Position numbers and translations under genes: made by a program. Shown here one piece after another: positions 60,759 through 64,000 of a stretch of DNA of 64,000 bases. This stretch comes from Mobula hypostoma. Lineage: Eukaryota. Under the pieces are notes generated by a model that saw only the letters and a program-made list of their open reading frames with translations, was not told where the DNA came from and made no database searches. Within the stretch, counting starts at the first letter, position 1. Each line of letters begins with the position of its first letter. The stretch lies in NCBI RefSeq assembly GCF_963921235.1, contig NC_086098.1, positions 2,790,001-2,854,000 of the forward strand, written 5' to 3'.

Positions 60759-61312
60759 TACACACAGTGACCACTTCATTACGTTCCACCTGTACCTAAT
60801 AAAGTGGTCACTGAGTGTATGTTCATGGTCTTCTGCTGCTGTAGCCCATCCGCTTCAAGGTTTGACATGTTGAACATTCAGAGATGCTCTTCTACCCACC
60901 ACTGTGTAACTCGTGGTTATTTGAGTTATTGTCATCTTCCTGTCAGTTTGAATCAGTCTGGCCATTTTCCTCTGACATCTCATTAACAAGGTGTTTTTTC
61001 TCCCACAGAATTACCACTCACTGAATTTGTTTTCTCTGTAAACTCTACAATTGTTGTGCATGAAATTCCCAGAAGACTTGCAGTTTCTGAGTTTCTCAAA
61101 CCATCCTTTCTGGCACCAACAATCATTCCACAATCAAAGTGACTTGGACCACATTTCTTCTCCAATTTGATGTTTGGTCTAAACAACAAATGAACCTCTT
61201 GACCATGTCTGCATGCTTTTATGTATGGAATTCTTCAGCCGCATGACTGGCTGACTAGATGTTTACATTAACGAGCAGGTGTACTGGTGTATCTAACCTA
61301 GTGACCACTGAG
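60759..61312 (-). mobile_element. Non-autonomous Tc1 derivative
   Basis: FDCGMIVGARKDGLRNSETASLLG; TIR pair at the left end and a TIR remnant at the right. Confidence 0.87.
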
Positions 61313-61431
61313 ACCACTGCATATGCAACAGGTTGACAGGTGGGAGGGCCGTGGGGAGCTTTGTTACACGGTAAAATAACACATCTCATGTAAAACTCCA
61401 TAAACAAACAGAAAAAGGGGGGTTTTGCAAG

Positions 61432-61685
61432 CGGTGTTTATAAAGCGATCTGTGGCTTACAGTATAAAATTTTTATCCTAATGAAGATTGATGGTGGTGT
61501 CGTTCCTTCAGTCGAATGCAGTTTGGCATGATTCTTCACTTTATAGTTTGATTTCCAGCACAGGCTGAGACTATAAAATGCAGAATAGCTGTGATCTGCA
61601 TTGAGCTAAAGCAGCAGCGCTACCATCAATCTTCATTACAGCAACATTTTTATACCATGCGCTAGCGATCTCTTTATAAACACTG
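61432..61685. repeat. 254-bp imperfect palindrome (old MITE-like or conserved hairpin)
   Basis: GTGTTTATAAAG/CTTTATAAACAC, TAATGAAGATTGATGGT/ACCATCAATCTTCATTA, AATGCAG/CTGCATT and TTTATAGT/ACTATAAA pair in nested order. Confidence 0.85.
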
Positions 61686-62379
61686 ACGACTTCCCTCCTC
61701 GCACTCGGTTTTACTGCCAGGATTGTTTAGTTCTTCCCTTGCCTGAATGGCTGTGCCACATCTCTCTGTAGTTCACAGCCCACAACAGGATCACGGAACA
61801 ACACAAAGTTATGGACGTGAATAAGATCATCATCACACTGATGTGGTAAACTGTTTCCTTCAATCAAGGCAGGAGACAACCTCAAAACAATTGCCATGCT
61901 CATGAGAAGGAAGCTCTGGGAGGCTGTTCTGTTACAACTGAGATGAGGAGGAATTTCTTTAGGCAAGGGGTGAACCTGTGGAATATGTCGACTCTTTATT
62001 ACTCTCCATTGATATCACCTGAACTATATAGTCACTGTAACCTATTTTTTGAGATGTTAAGTTTGATGTTATTATTCCATTTCCTGTCTGAAGTTGGCCT
62101 AGTTATGCAGCTGTACAACATGGCATTGTGCAAGGTTTTATGATGTCTGTTGATAGGTTTATGTTTGTGTGTCCAGGTTTATCATATAAATTGAGAATAT
62201 GAAAATAAATGGGGGAGTTTTTGATCTGATATTTTAGTTTGTTGTGCTGTAATGAGACTCTGCTTTTGTACCGATCGACTAACTTAGGGTTAGTAAGTTG
62301 TCAGTGTGCTCGGTTGGTGCTAGAAATGTGGCGACACTTGCGAGCTGCCCCCAGCACATTCTCAGACTGTGTTGGCTGT

Positions 62380-62750
62380 TGGCTCTTTGTCCCCTGCCAT
62401 CAGGGAGGAGGCTATGTAGCACCCATGCCAGACAACCAGACTCAAAAACAGTTACTTTCCCAAAGCAGTAAGGCTGATCAACACCTCCACTCACTAACCC
62501 ACCCCTCCACACCCCCAACCACCACTACTGTATTATTTCCTGTCAGTCACCTTATGCACAGACACTCCTGTGTCTAGCATCACACAATCAATCTATGTAT
62601 ACCAGCTATCTTAGGTATTTATATTTATTGTATTTTTTATTATGTTCTTCATCTTATTGTGTTTTTATGTGCTGCATCAGTCCTAGAGTAACAATTATTT
62701 CATTCTCTTTTACAGTTGTGTACTGGAAATTACATTAAATAATTTTGAAG
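62380..62750 (+). mobile_element. Rex1/Babar 3'UTR fragment
   Basis: Colinear with about 52725-53095. Confidence 0.78.
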
Positions 62751-62859
62751 CTTAAATTTTGTTGGTGCAGACGCACATTTCACTATATGCTTCAATGTTT
62801 CAATGTACATGTGACAAATAAAACTCTTCTTTTAAATCTTTCATCCTTGATCTCATGAA

Positions 62860-63150
62860 AAAGACGAAGTTTAAGTATATCAACAGAGCAAGGTTCACCC
62901 CAGGTACCCTGAGGACTCTCTGCTCTACGGGCTGTTTCCAGGGATGAACATCAAGTGCTGTTGGAAGATCATCGTCTCGCTGAAAGACTCTCATTGGTCT
63001 GTCCAAAACTCGTTGATCCGCCAGCACTTTGAGATATCTGTGGAGGAATGGCACATTACAACTGCAGGAGAACGTGCTGAGGGACACACTGGAGCTCGGA
63101 GCAGCCACTGCAAGGGTCAGTGGGAAAGGACCACAGTGTCGGGTTCTTCT
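62860..63150 (+). mobile_element. Tx1-type LINE ORF2 C-terminal remnant
   Basis: EDSLLYGLFPG, NIKCCWKII.SLKDSHWS.QN and LQENVLRDTLELGAATA resemble the Tx1 ORF2 C-terminus (recalled, not searched). Confidence 0.7.
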
Positions 63151-63279
63151 CCTACTGGGGCCGGACCGGGTGAAGAAGTCCCTATGTTATTGAGGCTTTG
63201 TACCACCTCAGGAGGACTCATGAGTGGCAGCATTCCCATTGGTTTTAGGGAATTAAATTAAATGTTAGCCTATGAATGT

Positions 63280-64000
63280 TCAAAGTTCAACACACAAAGT
63301 ATATTATCAAAGTAGACCTTTGTCACCACATCCAACCCTGATATTCATTTTCTTGCAGGCATACTCAGTAAATCAAAGAACCACAATAGAATCATTGAAA
63401 GACTGCATTAACTAGCGTGCAAAGTATATAAAACTTCGCAAATACAAAAATAAATCAATAATAATAATAAATAAATAAATATGCAATAAATATCAAGAAC
63501 ATGAGATGAAAAGCCCTTGAAAGTGAGTCCAGAGGTTGTGTGGACGGTTCAGTGATGGGGCAAGTGAAATTGAGTAAAGTTACCCCATCTGGTTCAAGAG
63601 CCTGATGGTTGAGGGGTAATAACTGTTCGTGAAGCTGGTGGTGTGAATCCTAAGGCTCCTGTACCTTCTTCCTGATGGCAGCAGTGAGAAGAGAGTGGTG
63701 TGCGTCCCTGATGATGGATGTTGCTTTCCTGCAACAGCGATTCGTGCAGATGTGCTCAGTGGTGGGAATGCTTTACTCCTGATGGACTGGATTGTATCCA
63801 ATACTTTTTGCAGGAATTTCCATTCAAGGGCATTGGTGTTTCCCTACCAGCTGTAATTCAACCAATCAATATACCTCCCACCACACATCTACAGAACTTT
63901 GTCAAAGTTTTAGGTGTCATGCTGAGTCTTTGCAGACTCCTAAGGAAGTAGAGATGCTACTGTGCTTTCTTTGTAATTACACTTATGTGCTGGGCCCAGA
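63280..64000 (-). mobile_element. Rex1/Babar 3' end, running off the window
   Basis: LFSLLPSGRRYRSLRIHTTSFTNSYYP followed by the shared 3'UTR. Confidence 0.85.

Overview
Vertebrate intronic or intergenic DNA, dominated by transposable elements. The mix of CR1 LINEs, HE1-type V-SINEs, Rex1/Babar, Penelope-like and L1 elements suggests a cartilaginous fish, probably a ray or shark; this is inference from repeat content only. No host protein-coding gene, rRNA, true tRNA or CRISPR array can be supported, and nearly all ORF-track entries are TE fragments or their antisense shadows. Contents: many 5'-truncated CR1 copies; one near-full-length degenerate L1 (23544-28846) at the centre of a multi-layer nest; Rex1/Babar fragments; Penelope-like elements whose terminal repeats carry minimal hammerhead-ribozyme motifs; an RTE 3' end and a matching bipartite non-autonomous RTE; a Tx1 3' end; tRNA-derived CORE-type SINEs; three solo LTRs; an internally deleted Tigger/pogo; three Tc1 derivatives; two minisatellites; and a 254-bp old palindrome. 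The most interesting signals are RNA-structure ones: a TSD-flanked fold-back Penelope mini-element whose hammerhead core lacks just 'CU', the structured bipartite RTE, and the unexplained palindrome at 61.4-61.7 kb. I cannot support a wholly new biological system from this window. Boundaries were read by eye and may be off by tens of bases where no TSD is given.
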